DNA from: Acidimicrobiia bacterium
GTDB lineage: Bacteria; Actinomycetota; Acidimicrobiia; Acidimicrobiales; CATQHL01
Direction of reading: 5' to 3'
Assembly: GCA_009835395.1 (NCBI GenBank)
Contig: VXXM01000071.1
Coordinates: 29,396-93,395 of the forward strand
Length of the DNA: 64,000 nucleotides
The notes under the pieces are model-generated. The model saw nothing but the letters and a program-made list of their open reading frames with translations, ran no database searches and was not told the DNA's origin. Position numbers and translations under genes: made by a program. This document shows, in pieces, positions 1 to 8,974 of this stretch (positions within the stretch are counted from its first letter, which is position 1; each line of letters begins with the position of its first letter).

Positions 1-492
1 CCGGGCCCGCACGCCGGAGCGCACGTCGACGCCTGCCTTCGCCAGTGCCGCCGCGAACAGGGTGCCGAAGGAGGCCACGTCGACGACGTCCATCATGCGG
101 TCGGTGGTGTGCTGACGCGGGCGGGGCACGAAGCGACCGAAGCGGAATCCCAGCTCGATCAGGAAGCGGTAGGCGTCCGCCGACTCAGCGGCGTAGCGGG
201 CGGCGAGAGCGGTGTCGAAGAGCACGCCGTAGCGCTCCTCCTGGAGTGCCGCCTCCGCGACCATGTCGGCCAGGTAGGCCTCGGGGGAGTCGGAGATGCC
301 GGCGGTGTGCTGGGCCTCGAAGTCGGCGAAGGCCATGTAGCCGGTCGAGCGCGCCGCGTTGCCGCCCACGGTGTCCAGCGCCTCCAGCAGGACCACCGAG
401 GCGCCGTTGCGGGCCGCCTCGAGTGCCGCTGAGCAGCCGCCGGGGCCGCCGCCCACGACGACCACGTCGGTTCGGTCGTTCGCGGCTGTCAC
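1..492 (-). CDS. FAD-binding oxidoreductase (fumarate reductase/KstD-like flavoprotein family); N-terminal part only, 3' end runs off the window
   Basis: Not in the ORF track. Manual reverse translation from GTG at 490-492 gives VTAANDRTDVVVVGGGPGGCSAALEAARNGASVVLLEALDTVGGNAARSTGY... This shows a GxGxxG dinucleotide fold plus the GGN..STG motif typical of FAD_binding_2 flavoproteins. The frame stays open to position 1. Confidence 0.6.
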   Translation of the reverse strand, partial: MTAANDRTDVVVVGGGPGGCSAALEAARNGASVVLLEALDTVGGNAARSTGYMAFADFEAQHTAGISDSPEAYLADMVAEAALQEERYGVLFDTALAARYAAESADAYRFLIELGFRFGRFVPRPRQHTTDRMMDVVDVASFGTLFAAALAKAGVDVRSGVRAR

Positions 493-529
493 CTCGGCCG
501 GTTCGAGCCGGTTCCGGCCCGAGGGGGAC

Positions 530-1075
530 TCACGTCGACGGTTCGGTGTCCGCGGCCCCCGGCGGCGTGAAGGTGGGGAAGTCGCCTCCTGCTATCCAGG
601 TGTCGTAGGCCGGCTTGCGGGACAGGTCCACGAGTTCGACCCAGAGGCCGCTGTGCAGGCGGTGATAGCTGAACCCCGCGGGTCGGCCGTCGGGCGTGGC
701 CGCGGTGGCGCCGCACGGGTAGCCGGCGGCCTCCAGGCGGGCGGCGTCGCGGGTCACGTCCTCGGACCAGAATCCCAGATGGTGGACGCCGCCGTGGGCG
801 GTCGCCGGGTTCCAGAGAGTGCCGGGGGAGGACTCCAGGATCTCGTAGTGCGGCGGGCCCTCCACGGAGTAGGTGAGCCGGAAGTTCACGGTGACGACGC
901 CGCCGGGCTGGCGCAGGTCGAACTCCCGCCGCATGGGTTTGGCCCAGGTCAGGCCGCAGACCGCCCCGAGTTCCTCGCACGTGGCGTCGAAGTCCTCCGC
1001 CACGATGCCCCAGTGGTAGAAGCCGTCTGTCGGCAGGAGACCTGCCGGGAGGCCTTGGTGTTGGTCTGCGCCCAT
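530..1075 (-). CDS. VOC (glyoxalase/bleomycin-resistance/dioxygenase) family protein
   Basis: 181-aa ORF. It has a paired beta-alpha-beta-beta-beta-like pattern with GIVAEDFD... and GGVHHLGFWSEDV metal-ligand-like motifs. It lies directly upstream of the flavoprotein gene on the same strand. Confidence 0.55.
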   Translation of the reverse strand: MGADQHQGLPAGLLPTDGFYHWGIVAEDFDATCEELGAVCGLTWAKPMRREFDLRQPGGVVTVNFRLTYSVEGPPHYEILESSPGTLWNPATAHGGVHHLGFWSEDVTRDAARLEAAGYPCGATAATPDGRPAGFSYHRLHSGLWVELVDLSRKPAYDTWIAGGDFPTFTPPGAADTEPST

Positions 1076-1114
1076 GGGGATCGGGCTCGATGCTAGGGCG
1101 CCAGGAGCCGGCCG

Positions 1115-1828
1115 TCAGGTGCCGAGGTAGGAGCGGACCAGGTCGTGGGACTGGCGCAGCTCGGCCGACGGTCCGGAGATGTCGTTGTTCCCGGTCTGGA
1201 AGACGTAGGTGCGATCGGAGATGTCCAGCACCTGGGCGTTCTGCTCGATGAGCAGGAAGGTATTGCCCTCGTCGCGCAGCTCGGTCACGAGCGTGAACAG
1301 TTCGTCGACGAGGAACGGCGCCAGACCGAACGACAACTCGTCGATCATCAGCAGCTTGGGGCGGGTGAGCATGGCCCGGGCCAGCGCCAGCATCTGCTGC
1401 TGGCCGCCCGACAGCGACGAGGCCCCGTCGCGGATCTTCTCGGCGAGGTCGGGGAAGATCCCGAGCAGCCGCTCGCGGTCGGCGTTCACCGCGGAGGCAC
1501 CGTCGCGGCGCAGCACGGTCCCCAGATCCAGGTTTTCGCGCACGGTGAGGTTCTGGAAGACGCCGCGGCCCTCGGGGAGGTGCCCGAGGCCGGCCCCGGC
1601 ACGGCGCTCGACGGACATGCCCGCGAGGTCGTCGCCGTCGAGCCGGACGGTGCCCGACCAGGTGTCCAGCACGCCCGAGACCGCTCGCAGGAAGGTCGTC
1701 TTGCCGGCGCCGTTGGCACCCAGCACCGACACGATCTCGCCCTCGGCCACGTTCAGCGAGATGCCGTGCAGCACCTCCAGACTGCCGTAGCCGCTTACCA
1801 GGTCGTTGACTTCCAGGAGAGTCATCAC
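1115..1828 (-). CDS. livF: branched-chain amino acid-type ABC transporter ATP-binding protein (LivF-like)
   Basis: Walker A GANGAGKTT, ABC signature LSGGQQQ, Walker B LLMIDE. 4-nt overlap with the upstream ATPase gene. Confidence 0.85.
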   Translation of the reverse strand: MMTLLEVNDLVSGYGSLEVLHGISLNVAEGEIVSVLGANGAGKTTFLRAVSGVLDTWSGTVRLDGDDLAGMSVERRAGAGLGHLPEGRGVFQNLTVRENLDLGTVLRRDGASAVNADRERLLGIFPDLAEKIRDGASSLSGGQQQMLALARAMLTRPKLLMIDELSFGLAPFLVDELFTLVTELRDEGNTFLLIEQNAQVLDISDRTYVFQTGNNDISGPSAELRQSHDLVRSYLGT

Positions 1829-2667
1829 TCCGCTCCTGCCGGTGTCTCGCTGTCGGTCATCTCGACGCCCAGGCTCTCGGCCTCGAGGCGGGCGGCGAAC
1901 CCGTGCCCCAGGTACGCCTCGATCACGGCTGGATCGTGCGTGACATCGTCAGGGCCGCCCTCGGAGATGATGCGACCGAAGTCCAGCACGGCGATGTGCG
2001 GGCAGAGGCTGGTCACGAGCTGCAGGTCGTGCTCGATGATGATCATGCAGAGGTCGGACTCGGCGGCGATGCCCCGCAGGCCGCGGAGCAGCACCGTGAC
2101 GTCGTCGGCGCCGAGCCCGGCCGCCGGCTCGTCCAGCAGCACCACTCGCGGCTCTGCCACGAGCGCCCGGGCCACCTCGACGATCTTCTGGCTGCCCAGC
2201 GGCAGGGAGTCGGCGTCCTCGTGGGCCATCTCGGCGAGGCCGAAGCGTTCCAGCATGTCCATGCAGCGCCCGCGGGCCTGGCGTTCCTCGGCGCGCGACC
2301 AGGGCAGGCGCAGCAGCTCGGCGAGGTGGCCCCAGCGGTAGCTCTGCTGGAGCCCCAGGAGGGCGTTCTCCATGACGGTGGCGTCGAGGATCAGGCGGGG
2401 GGCCTGGAAGGTCCGGCCGATCCCGGCGCCGACGCGCGCGCTCTGGCTGCGGCCCGCCAGGTCCTCACCTGCCAGGAAGACGTCGCCCTGCGAGGGCGTC
2501 ACGTAGCCGGAGATCACGTTGAAGATCGTCGTCTTGCCGGCGCCGTTGGGGCCGATGAGCCCGTTGAAGCCCGTGCCGAAGGTGAGGTCCACGCCTTCCA
2601 GGACGCGGTTCCCCCCGAAGGCGACGTGCAGGTCGCGCAACTCGAGGGGCGCGGCGGCGGCGTTCAT
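1825..2667 (-). CDS. livG: branched-chain amino acid-type ABC transporter ATP-binding protein (LivG-like)
   Basis: Start taken at ATG 2665-2667 (MNAAAAPLELRDLHVAFGG...), overlapping the permease stop as ATGA. Walker A GPNGAGKTT and Walker B VVLLDEP are present. The 558-aa ORF-track entry is an out-of-gene 5' extension. Confidence 0.85.
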   Translation of the reverse strand: MNAAAAPLELRDLHVAFGGNRVLEGVDLTFGTGFNGLIGPNGAGKTTIFNVISGYVTPSQGDVFLAGEDLAGRSQSARVGAGIGRTFQAPRLILDATVMENALLGLQQSYRWGHLAELLRLPWSRAEERQARGRCMDMLERFGLAEMAHEDADSLPLGSQKIVEVARALVAEPRVVLLDEPAAGLGADDVTVLLRGLRGIAAESDLCMIIIEHDLQLVTSLCPHIAVLDFGRIISEGGPDDVTHDPAVIEAYLGHGFAARLEAESLGVEMTDSETPAGAE

Positions 2668-3722
2668 AGCGTGAAGAGCCGCGCCAGTGGCATGTTGCGG
2701 AGGTGCTGCCCGAAGCGGCTGTCCCGGACGCGGCTCGGCAGCGATGCGAAGCCGTACGGCAGGGCCAGGATGGCAATCATGAGGGCGATGCCGATGATGA
2801 TGAGGCGCAGGATCTGGAAGCTGGCGAGTTGCTCGCGGATGAGGATGTAGAACATGGCGCCCAGCAGGGGTCCCCAGATGCGCCCGACGCCGCCCAGCAC
2901 CAGGATCACCAGCATGAACACCAGCATGTTGTCCTTGAACGAGGCCGGGCTGAGGAAGCGGATGTCCTGGGCGTACAGGCCGCCTGCGATGGCGGCGACG
3001 AATCCCGAGATGCCGAACGCCACCAGCTTGTAGCGCGTCGAGGCGATCCCGATGGGGCCGGTGGCGATGTCGATGTCCTTGACCGCCTTGAGGGTGCGCC
3101 CCATGCGGCCCCGGGTGAGGACAAGCATCACGAGGTAGGTGATCAGCAGGATGATCAGCGCCGTGAAGTAGAGCGTGAGGGGTCCGTTGCTCTCGCCGAT
3201 CGAGAAGACCTTCTTGACGCTGCGCCCGCCGCTGGCGCCGGTGTCCAGCCAGTCCCACATCTCGGGGCCCAACTCGATCAGCTTCACGAGGAGTTCCCCG
3301 AAGGCAAGGGTGGCGATCGCCAGGAAGAACCCCTTCAGGCGAGCCGCCGGGAAGGCGATGACGACACCCACGACGGCACAGATCACTCCCAGGATCACCA
3401 TCGCGGCCAGGTAGGGCACGCCGTCCTCGTACAGGAGGGTGGTGCCGTAGGCGCCGAGCGCGAAGAAGCCGGCGTGCGCCAGACCGAGTTGCCCGGCCCA
3501 ACCCACGAGCAGGTTGAACCCCATGGCCGAGATGGTGTGGATGAGGATCCCGGTCAGCACGCCGTGCCAGTAGGGGCCGTTGAGACCTCCGTAGGGGAGG
3601 TGCGGCAGCAGCGCGGCGACGCCGAACAGCAGCGCCACCGCCACCAGTTCGCTGTAGCCAAAGACCCCCCTGGCGCGGGGCTTGTACAGCGGGCGAGGTG
3701 GGGCGGTACCGGTCTCACTCAT
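2664..3722 (-). CDS. livM: branched-chain amino acid-type ABC transporter permease (LivM-like)
   Basis: 352-aa polytopic hydrophobic protein sitting between the LivH-like and LivG-like genes. Confidence 0.8.
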   Translation of the reverse strand: MSETGTAPPRPLYKPRARGVFGYSELVAVALLFGVAALLPHLPYGGLNGPYWHGVLTGILIHTISAMGFNLLVGWAGQLGLAHAGFFALGAYGTTLLYEDGVPYLAAMVILGVICAVVGVVIAFPAARLKGFFLAIATLAFGELLVKLIELGPEMWDWLDTGASGGRSVKKVFSIGESNGPLTLYFTALIILLITYLVMLVLTRGRMGRTLKAVKDIDIATGPIGIASTRYKLVAFGISGFVAAIAGGLYAQDIRFLSPASFKDNMLVFMLVILVLGGVGRIWGPLLGAMFYILIREQLASFQILRLIIIGIALMIAILALPYGFASLPSRVRDSRFGQHLRNMPLARLFTL

Positions 3723-3725
3723 GGC

Positions 3726-4841
3726 TCAGACCTCGCGTGCCGACTTCTCGCGGGTTAGACCGCCCGGCACCACCAGCAGCACGACGACGACAACCATCAG
3801 CGCCACGGCGGCCTGCACGCTGGTAGAGATCTGCCCGCCGACGAGGCTCTCCCCGACGCCGATCACCATGCCCCCGGCGAAGGTGCCCAGCAGCGAGGTG
3901 AACCCACCCAGCACCGCGGCGATGAAGCCCTTCAGGATGATGACGTTGGCGGTGGAGACGTCGAGTACCGCCGAGGTGGTGCGCAGGATGAGCGCGATGG
4001 CGCCGATGGCGACGCCCATCGCCCAGGCCAACAGCGAGATGCGTCCGCTGTTGATACCCAGCAGCCGGGCGGTGGTGCCGTCCTCGGCGATGGCCCGCAT
4101 GCGCACGCCCCACTTCGACTTGAAGAAGATGCCGACGGCGATGGCGATGGCCAGGCCGGTGCCGATGGCGACGACCTCGTCCGCGCCGATGATGAGACGC
4201 ACCGAGCCGTCGGGGTTCGTGAGCTTCAGCGGCGTCTTGTCGTCCCACGGGGCGTCGAAGGCACGAGCCTGGACTCCCCAGAGCATTTGGTTGCCGGACA
4301 GCAGGGCCCAGGTCATGCCGATGGTCAGCAGCAGCAGCGGGAAGTGGTCCACCTTGGCCAGCGGCTTGACCCAGGCGCGGGCCGCAAGCAGCGTCAGCAC
4401 CCCGGCGAGGATCCCGAGCGGGACGGCGGCTCCCCACGACCAGCCGCCGTCGGGGGTGGGGAACCAGTCGAGGAAGGTCGGCAGCCCCTCGCGGTGCATG
4501 AAGTCGATGGACAGGTAGGTCATGACGGCGGCCGCGGCGTAGGCCAGCGGCCGGTTCGAGAGCCCCACGAGGGGGCGGATCAGCAGGAACTGCGTCGCCG
4601 CGCCGAACACGCCGGCGAATAGCAGGGCGATGATTATGGCCAGCCAGAAGGGCCAGCCGACACCCCCGTCGCCGGGATCGGCCGACAGGAACCAGCCCAG
4701 GTAAGCGCACATGATGCCCATCTGCGCGATGGCGAAGTTGGGCACGTCCGTGGACTTCATGATGACCACGATGGCGAGGCCGATCAGACTGAAGACGCTG
4801 CCGTCCTCGAGTCCCGCGATGATCTGCTGCAGTACCTGCAC
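3726..4841 (-). CDS. livH: branched-chain amino acid-type ABC transporter permease (LivH-like, extended)
   Basis: 371-aa hydrophobic protein with an N-terminus (MQVLQQIIAGLEDGSVFSLIGLAIVVI) typical of LivH-family permeases. Confidence 0.8.
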   Translation of the reverse strand: MQVLQQIIAGLEDGSVFSLIGLAIVVIMKSTDVPNFAIAQMGIMCAYLGWFLSADPGDGGVGWPFWLAIIIALLFAGVFGAATQFLLIRPLVGLSNRPLAYAAAAVMTYLSIDFMHREGLPTFLDWFPTPDGGWSWGAAVPLGILAGVLTLLAARAWVKPLAKVDHFPLLLLTIGMTWALLSGNQMLWGVQARAFDAPWDDKTPLKLTNPDGSVRLIIGADEVVAIGTGLAIAIAVGIFFKSKWGVRMRAIAEDGTTARLLGINSGRISLLAWAMGVAIGAIALILRTTSAVLDVSTANVIILKGFIAAVLGGFTSLLGTFAGGMVIGVGESLVGGQISTSVQAAVALMVVVVVLLVVPGGLTREKSAREV

Positions 4842-4974
4842 TGGTGATTCCTGAGCTATCCGCGAGCCGGTCCGCTCGGGGGATTTGGGCTAGCCGGGAA
4901 AGTGTAGGCGGCGAACCGCCGTGCGAGGAGCGGGGGGATGCTCCTGGTTGCGCACGGCGGCTCGCCGCTGAGTC

Positions 4975-5000
4975 GAGCCGGAATGGGGGGATTCCGGCTC
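4975..5000 (-). terminator. perfect 10-bp stem / 6-nt loop hairpin 5 nt after the binding-protein stop (intercistronic stabiliser or attenuator)
   Basis: GAGCCGGAAT-GGGGGG-ATTCCGGCTC read directly. There is no U-tract, and the permease genes follow 130 nt further on the same strand. Confidence 0.35.
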
Positions 5001-5004
5001 AGAT

Positions 5005-6732
5005 CTATGACTTCGGCGCCTGGAACTCTCTGATCTGAGTCCAGCTCTGTGTCTCGTAGTCGTACTCCGACAGACCAGCACCGGAGGCGCAGGCGTGTCC
5101 GCCGTCAGCCCGCGGGCCGCAGGAGATCGGCGGCATGGCTCCCGTCTCGATGGGGTTGGCCCAGAGGCTCTCGGCCACGGCGTGGAAGTTGTCCCAGCTC
5201 AGATCACCCTCGAGGCGGTCGATCACCTCGAAGAAGGTGATGGAGTGCAGGTAGGTCTGCTCGCTGAAGTTGGGTGCCCGGCACTCGTCGCTGATCGAGT
5301 CGCAGTAGGCGTTGCGCAGCGCGCGCCACTGGCTCATCAACGGGGAGTCCGTATCGGGCAGGGCCACCTGCAGGGCGCCGAGGAATCCGTCGGCGGCCTC
5401 CTCGGCGGGGCCGACGGCGTTCTGGCCACCGGACCCTGCTGCGCCCTGATCGGAGCAGAGCAGCGCGTCGCTGTTGTTCTCGGCCAAGATCTGCAGGATC
5501 AGCGCGTTCTGGATGTTGTCCACGCCGGCGACGATGCCCTCGGCACCGCTGGCGATGACGTTCAGCACGGCCGGGCCGACGATCTCGGAGGCGGACTCGA
5601 CCGTCTCCTGGGCCACGATCTCCATGCCGTTGATGGGGGCCTGGATCTCCACGCCGGCGACGACCTCTTCACCGAGGGGGTTGGTGGCGCCGATGGTGGC
5701 GACCTTGGTGAAGCCCAGGTCGTCGAAGTGGTCGACGCAGATGCGGGCCTGCTCGGTCCGGCTGCTCGCCAGCCAGTAGACCTCCTGGCGCTCGATCTCG
5801 AACGGGGGCGAGATGGGCGCCCACATGATCACGCCGCTCTCAGCGAGGAAGTCGAACGTGCCCGGCAGGGCCCGGCTGTCGGCGGGGGAGAGGATGCCCC
5901 ACACGCCGTCGCGGTCGATCATGCGGCGGGTCTGGTTGATGAGTTCCTCCACCTCGTACTGGGAGTTGTAGTCGATGAGCTCGATCATGCAGCCGTCTAT
6001 GCCGCCGTTCGCGTTGATCTCCTCGACGGCGATCTTGATGCCGCCGAGCAGCTCAATGCCGGCCACGACGGCGGCACCGCCGACGGGCTGGACCGTACCG
6101 ATCTTCAGCACGCCGTTCTCGCTGTCCACACCCTGGGGCAGGTCGCCGGTGGTGTTGCCTCCGCAGATGGGGCCCGCGGCGGCGGCTGCGGCCTCGGCGG
6201 CTGCGGCCTCAGCTGCCCGAGCCTCTGTCTCGGCGGCTGCGGCCTCAGCCTGCGCGGCCTCGGCCTCCGCCTTGGCGGCGGCGGCCTCTTCCTGGGCGGT
6301 CGCGGCTTCGGCCTGCGCGGCGGCGGCCTCTTCCTGCGCGGCCGAGGCGGCCTGCCCGGCGGCCGCGGCAGCGTCCTGGGCCTCGGCAAGAGCCACCTCG
6401 GCCTCGGCGACGGCGGCTTCGTTGCCCGAAGCCGTGGCCTGCGCCAGGTCGGCGGCGGCCAGGGCCTCAGCGGCGTCGGCCGCGGCGGCGGCCGCGGCGG
6501 CGGCTGCGGCCTCGGCGGAGGCGGACGCGGCTTGCGCCTCGGCCATCGCGGCGCCGATGTCGGCGGCGGCGGCCGCGGCGGCCTGTGCCTCGCTCATCGC
6601 CGAGGAAGCGGCGGCTGATGCCGCCTGCGCCTCTGCGAGCGCCTCATCGGCTGCCTCGGTATCGGCGGCGCACGCCGCGGCGACGAGGCCGAAGACAGCC
6701 AGAAGTACGAGTGTGAGCCGAAGCTTTCGCAT
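5005..6732 (-). CDS. ABC transporter substrate-binding lipoprotein (LivK/Leu-Ile-Val-binding fold) with a long Ala/Glu-rich N-terminal tether
   Basis: Signal peptide plus lipobox (LVAAAC, Cys21). About 165 residues of A/E/Q low complexity follow, then a type-I periplasmic binding fold (VLKIGTVQPVGG...GGIKIAVEEINANGGIDG). It heads the liv-type operon. Confidence 0.8.
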   Translation of the reverse strand: MRKLRLTLVLLAVFGLVAAACAADTEAADEALAEAQAASAAASSAMSEAQAAAAAAADIGAAMAEAQAASASAEAAAAAAAAAAADAAEALAAADLAQATASGNEAAVAEAEVALAEAQDAAAAAGQAASAAQEEAAAAQAEAATAQEEAAAAKAEAEAAQAEAAAAETEARAAEAAAAEAAAAAAGPICGGNTTGDLPQGVDSENGVLKIGTVQPVGGAAVVAGIELLGGIKIAVEEINANGGIDGCMIELIDYNSQYEVEELINQTRRMIDRDGVWGILSPADSRALPGTFDFLAESGVIMWAPISPPFEIERQEVYWLASSRTEQARICVDHFDDLGFTKVATIGATNPLGEEVVAGVEIQAPINGMEIVAQETVESASEIVGPAVLNVIASGAEGIVAGVDNIQNALILQILAENNSDALLCSDQGAAGSGGQNAVGPAEEAADGFLGALQVALPDTDSPLMSQWRALRNAYCDSISDECRAPNFSEQTYLHSITFFEVIDRLEGDLSWDNFHAVAESLWANPIETGAMPPISCGPRADGGHACASGAGLSEYDYETQSWTQIREFQAPKS

Positions 6733-6823
6733 CGGTGTCCTCCCAGTGATCGATCAAGTGCGACACCCGTCACATCAGTTCGTCGACGGGCCGGCTCACG
6801 CTAGCGCTATCCTGCGCCGTTTT

Positions 6824-6839
6824 CCAACCGACCGGTTGG
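6824..6839. promoter_or_regulatory. perfect 7-2-7 palindrome CCAACCG-AC-CGGTTGG; candidate repressor operator
   Basis: Read directly in the 149-nt gap upstream of the binding-protein gene and downstream of the FadH-like gene. Confidence 0.4.
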
Positions 6840-6881
6840 GGGATTATACGACCGGCCGTTTGGGGGAATCGTACCGACGGA

Positions 6882-8903
6882 CTACAGGGCCCGGGCGACG
6901 CGGAAGGCGTCCCAGATGGCGTCGATGGCCTGGCGTGGGGCGAGGCAATCGCCGACGGCGTGCAACTCCACCCCGGGCGCCTCGCCGGCCTCGCTGAGGG
7001 CCAGCAACTCGCCGAAGAGGGCATCGTCGGCGACGCCGTAGGAAGCCCCGACGACGGAGTCGGCCGCAAGCAGGCGGGGCACGCTTGTGAGCGTCTCGGT
7101 GACCTCGGCCACACCGGGCCTGACGGCGCTCAAGGTGTGGTACTCGAGGAACGCCACGCCTGCGGTGCGCAACCGTCGCAGCATCGGCGGGCGGCTGAAG
7201 GCGTCCATCGAGGCGCCGACCCCCACCGGCGACACCAGCGTCACCTCATGGCCCGCGGCGGCCAGGTTCTCCGCCGTGGTGCAGACCTTCCAGCCGGCCT
7301 CGCCGGCGTCGACCAGCACGACGCGGGGACCGGTGACGCCGGCAGCGATGGCTTCCCGCACCGGGTGCACCAGTTCCCCGCCAGGCACGTCGAAGCTTCC
7401 CGGGAACGAGCCGGTCGCCACGATCACGCAGGAAGGATCGTCCGCCAGCGCCGTCGCCGCGTCGGCCCGTACCCCGGTGCGCACCTCCACGCCCAGCTTG
7501 CGGATCTGACCCTCGAGGTGCCGGACCGAGTTGGCGAACTCGTCTCGGTAGGGCATCGCGGCCGCGGCCACCAGAACTTGCCCGCCCAGTCTCTCGGCGG
7601 CCTCCAGCAGGATCACCCGGTGGCCCCGCAATGCCGCCGTCTCGGCGGCCTTCAGGCCCCCGGGACCGCCGCCGATCACCACCACCCGCCGGGATTCCCG
7701 CGCCACCTCGAGCCGGCGGAAGCCCCAGCGGGCCTCCTCGCCGACCGCAGGGTTCACGAGGCAGGCGATGGGGGAGCCCCGGTGCGGGCCGCCCCGGCAC
7801 CCCACGTTGCAGGAGATGCACTCGCGGATGTCCTCCCGGCGCCCCGACGCCGCCTTCGACGCCCATTCGGGGTCGGCGATGAGGGGGCGCACGAGGCAGA
7901 CGGCGTCGGCCACCTCCGCCGCCAGGAGCTCCTCACACTGCTCGGGGGTGACGAGGCGCGCCACGGCGAAGGTCGGCACACCGGCCGTCGCCTCGCGAAT
8001 CTCGGCGGCGTAGTGGGCGAACGGCGCCCGGGGGAAGCTCATGTCGGGGATCATCCGGTCGATGGAGGCGTAGTTGGACTGGCTCACGCTCACGTAGTCC
8101 ACGCGGGTGCGGGCCATGAGGTGCGCCACCACCTCGCTGCACTCGCCCGGGGTGAGCCCGCCCGGCACGAATTCCTCGGCGCTGACACGGATGCCGACAG
8201 GCACGCCGTCGCCGACCTGGGCTCGCACCGCCTCGAGCACCTCCAGCGGCAGCCGGCAGCGGTTCTCCAGCGAGCCTCCGTAGCCGTCGGTGCGACGGTT
8301 GCTGAACCGCGACAGGAACTCGCACAGCAGGTAGCCGTGGGCCAGGTACACCTCCAGCCCGTCGAAGCCGGCGGCGATGAGGCGCCGGGCCGCGCTGCGG
8401 TAGCAGTCGATCAACTCGGCGACGTCGCGGCGCGTCATGGCGTGGGGCACGACCCGGCTGGCCGGGTCGGCCAACGCGGACGGCGCCCAGAGTTCCCGGT
8501 GCGCCGCGAAGGTGTCGCCCTGGCGGCCCAGGTGCGAGAGCTGGCCGAAGATGGCGGCACCCTCCGCCTTCACCATCTCGGCCACCCTGGCGTAGGCCGG
8601 GATGCCGTCGTCGCTGTAGACCTCGTTCACGCCGGCCGCCGCCAGGCCCGTGGGGTGCACCATGGAGGACCCCTGGATGACGAGGCCGACCCCGCCGGCG
8701 GCCCGCTCGGCCAGGTAGTGGCCCTGGCGTTCGGTCAGGTGGTGCGAGTGCCAGTCCACGAAGCGCGAGCCGTGGCCGGCGAAGATCACGCGGTTGCGGA
8801 TCTCCAGCGGGCCGATTCGCAGCGGCCTGAACAGCAGTGGGTACGGCGGCGCCGCGGGTCCGCCAGGAGCGGCTGTCGAGCGCGGCGACGCCTCAGAACT
8901 CAT
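6882..8903 (-). CDS. 2,4-dienoyl-CoA reductase-like flavoenzyme (OYE TIM-barrel + 4Fe-4S + FAD/NAD(P) domain)
   Basis: 673 aa. N-terminal OYE-like region (FRPLRIGPLEIRNRVIFAGHG), cluster motif CISCNVGCRGGPHRGSPIAC (C-x2-C-x3-C-x11-C), and VVVIGGGPGGLKAAETAALRGHRVILLE. Same length class as FadH. Confidence 0.8.
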   Translation of the reverse strand: MSSEASPRSTAAPGGPAAPPYPLLFRPLRIGPLEIRNRVIFAGHGSRFVDWHSHHLTERQGHYLAERAAGGVGLVIQGSSMVHPTGLAAAGVNEVYSDDGIPAYARVAEMVKAEGAAIFGQLSHLGRQGDTFAAHRELWAPSALADPASRVVPHAMTRRDVAELIDCYRSAARRLIAAGFDGLEVYLAHGYLLCEFLSRFSNRRTDGYGGSLENRCRLPLEVLEAVRAQVGDGVPVGIRVSAEEFVPGGLTPGECSEVVAHLMARTRVDYVSVSQSNYASIDRMIPDMSFPRAPFAHYAAEIREATAGVPTFAVARLVTPEQCEELLAAEVADAVCLVRPLIADPEWASKAASGRREDIRECISCNVGCRGGPHRGSPIACLVNPAVGEEARWGFRRLEVARESRRVVVIGGGPGGLKAAETAALRGHRVILLEAAERLGGQVLVAAAAMPYRDEFANSVRHLEGQIRKLGVEVRTGVRADAATALADDPSCVIVATGSFPGSFDVPGGELVHPVREAIAAGVTGPRVVLVDAGEAGWKVCTTAENLAAAGHEVTLVSPVGVGASMDAFSRPPMLRRLRTAGVAFLEYHTLSAVRPGVAEVTETLTSVPRLLAADSVVGASYGVADDALFGELLALSEAGEAPGVELHAVGDCLAPRQAIDAIWDAFRVARAL

Positions 8904-8974
8904 CGGGCACGGGCAGGCCCGGCTTGCGAAGGCCGCGCCCGCTCTGGTTCGTCACGGCCGGGCCGGGCGATCCT

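Noticed and set aside
5095-6997. Long plus-strand ORFs (5095-6618, 5975-6997) and a Pro/Arg-rich minus ORF (6105-6389) across the binding-protein gene.
   Set aside because: They mirror the GCN-repeat Ala/Glu tether on the other strand or frame and have low-complexity composition only. The minus-strand SBP frame has a signal peptide, a lipobox and a binding fold.
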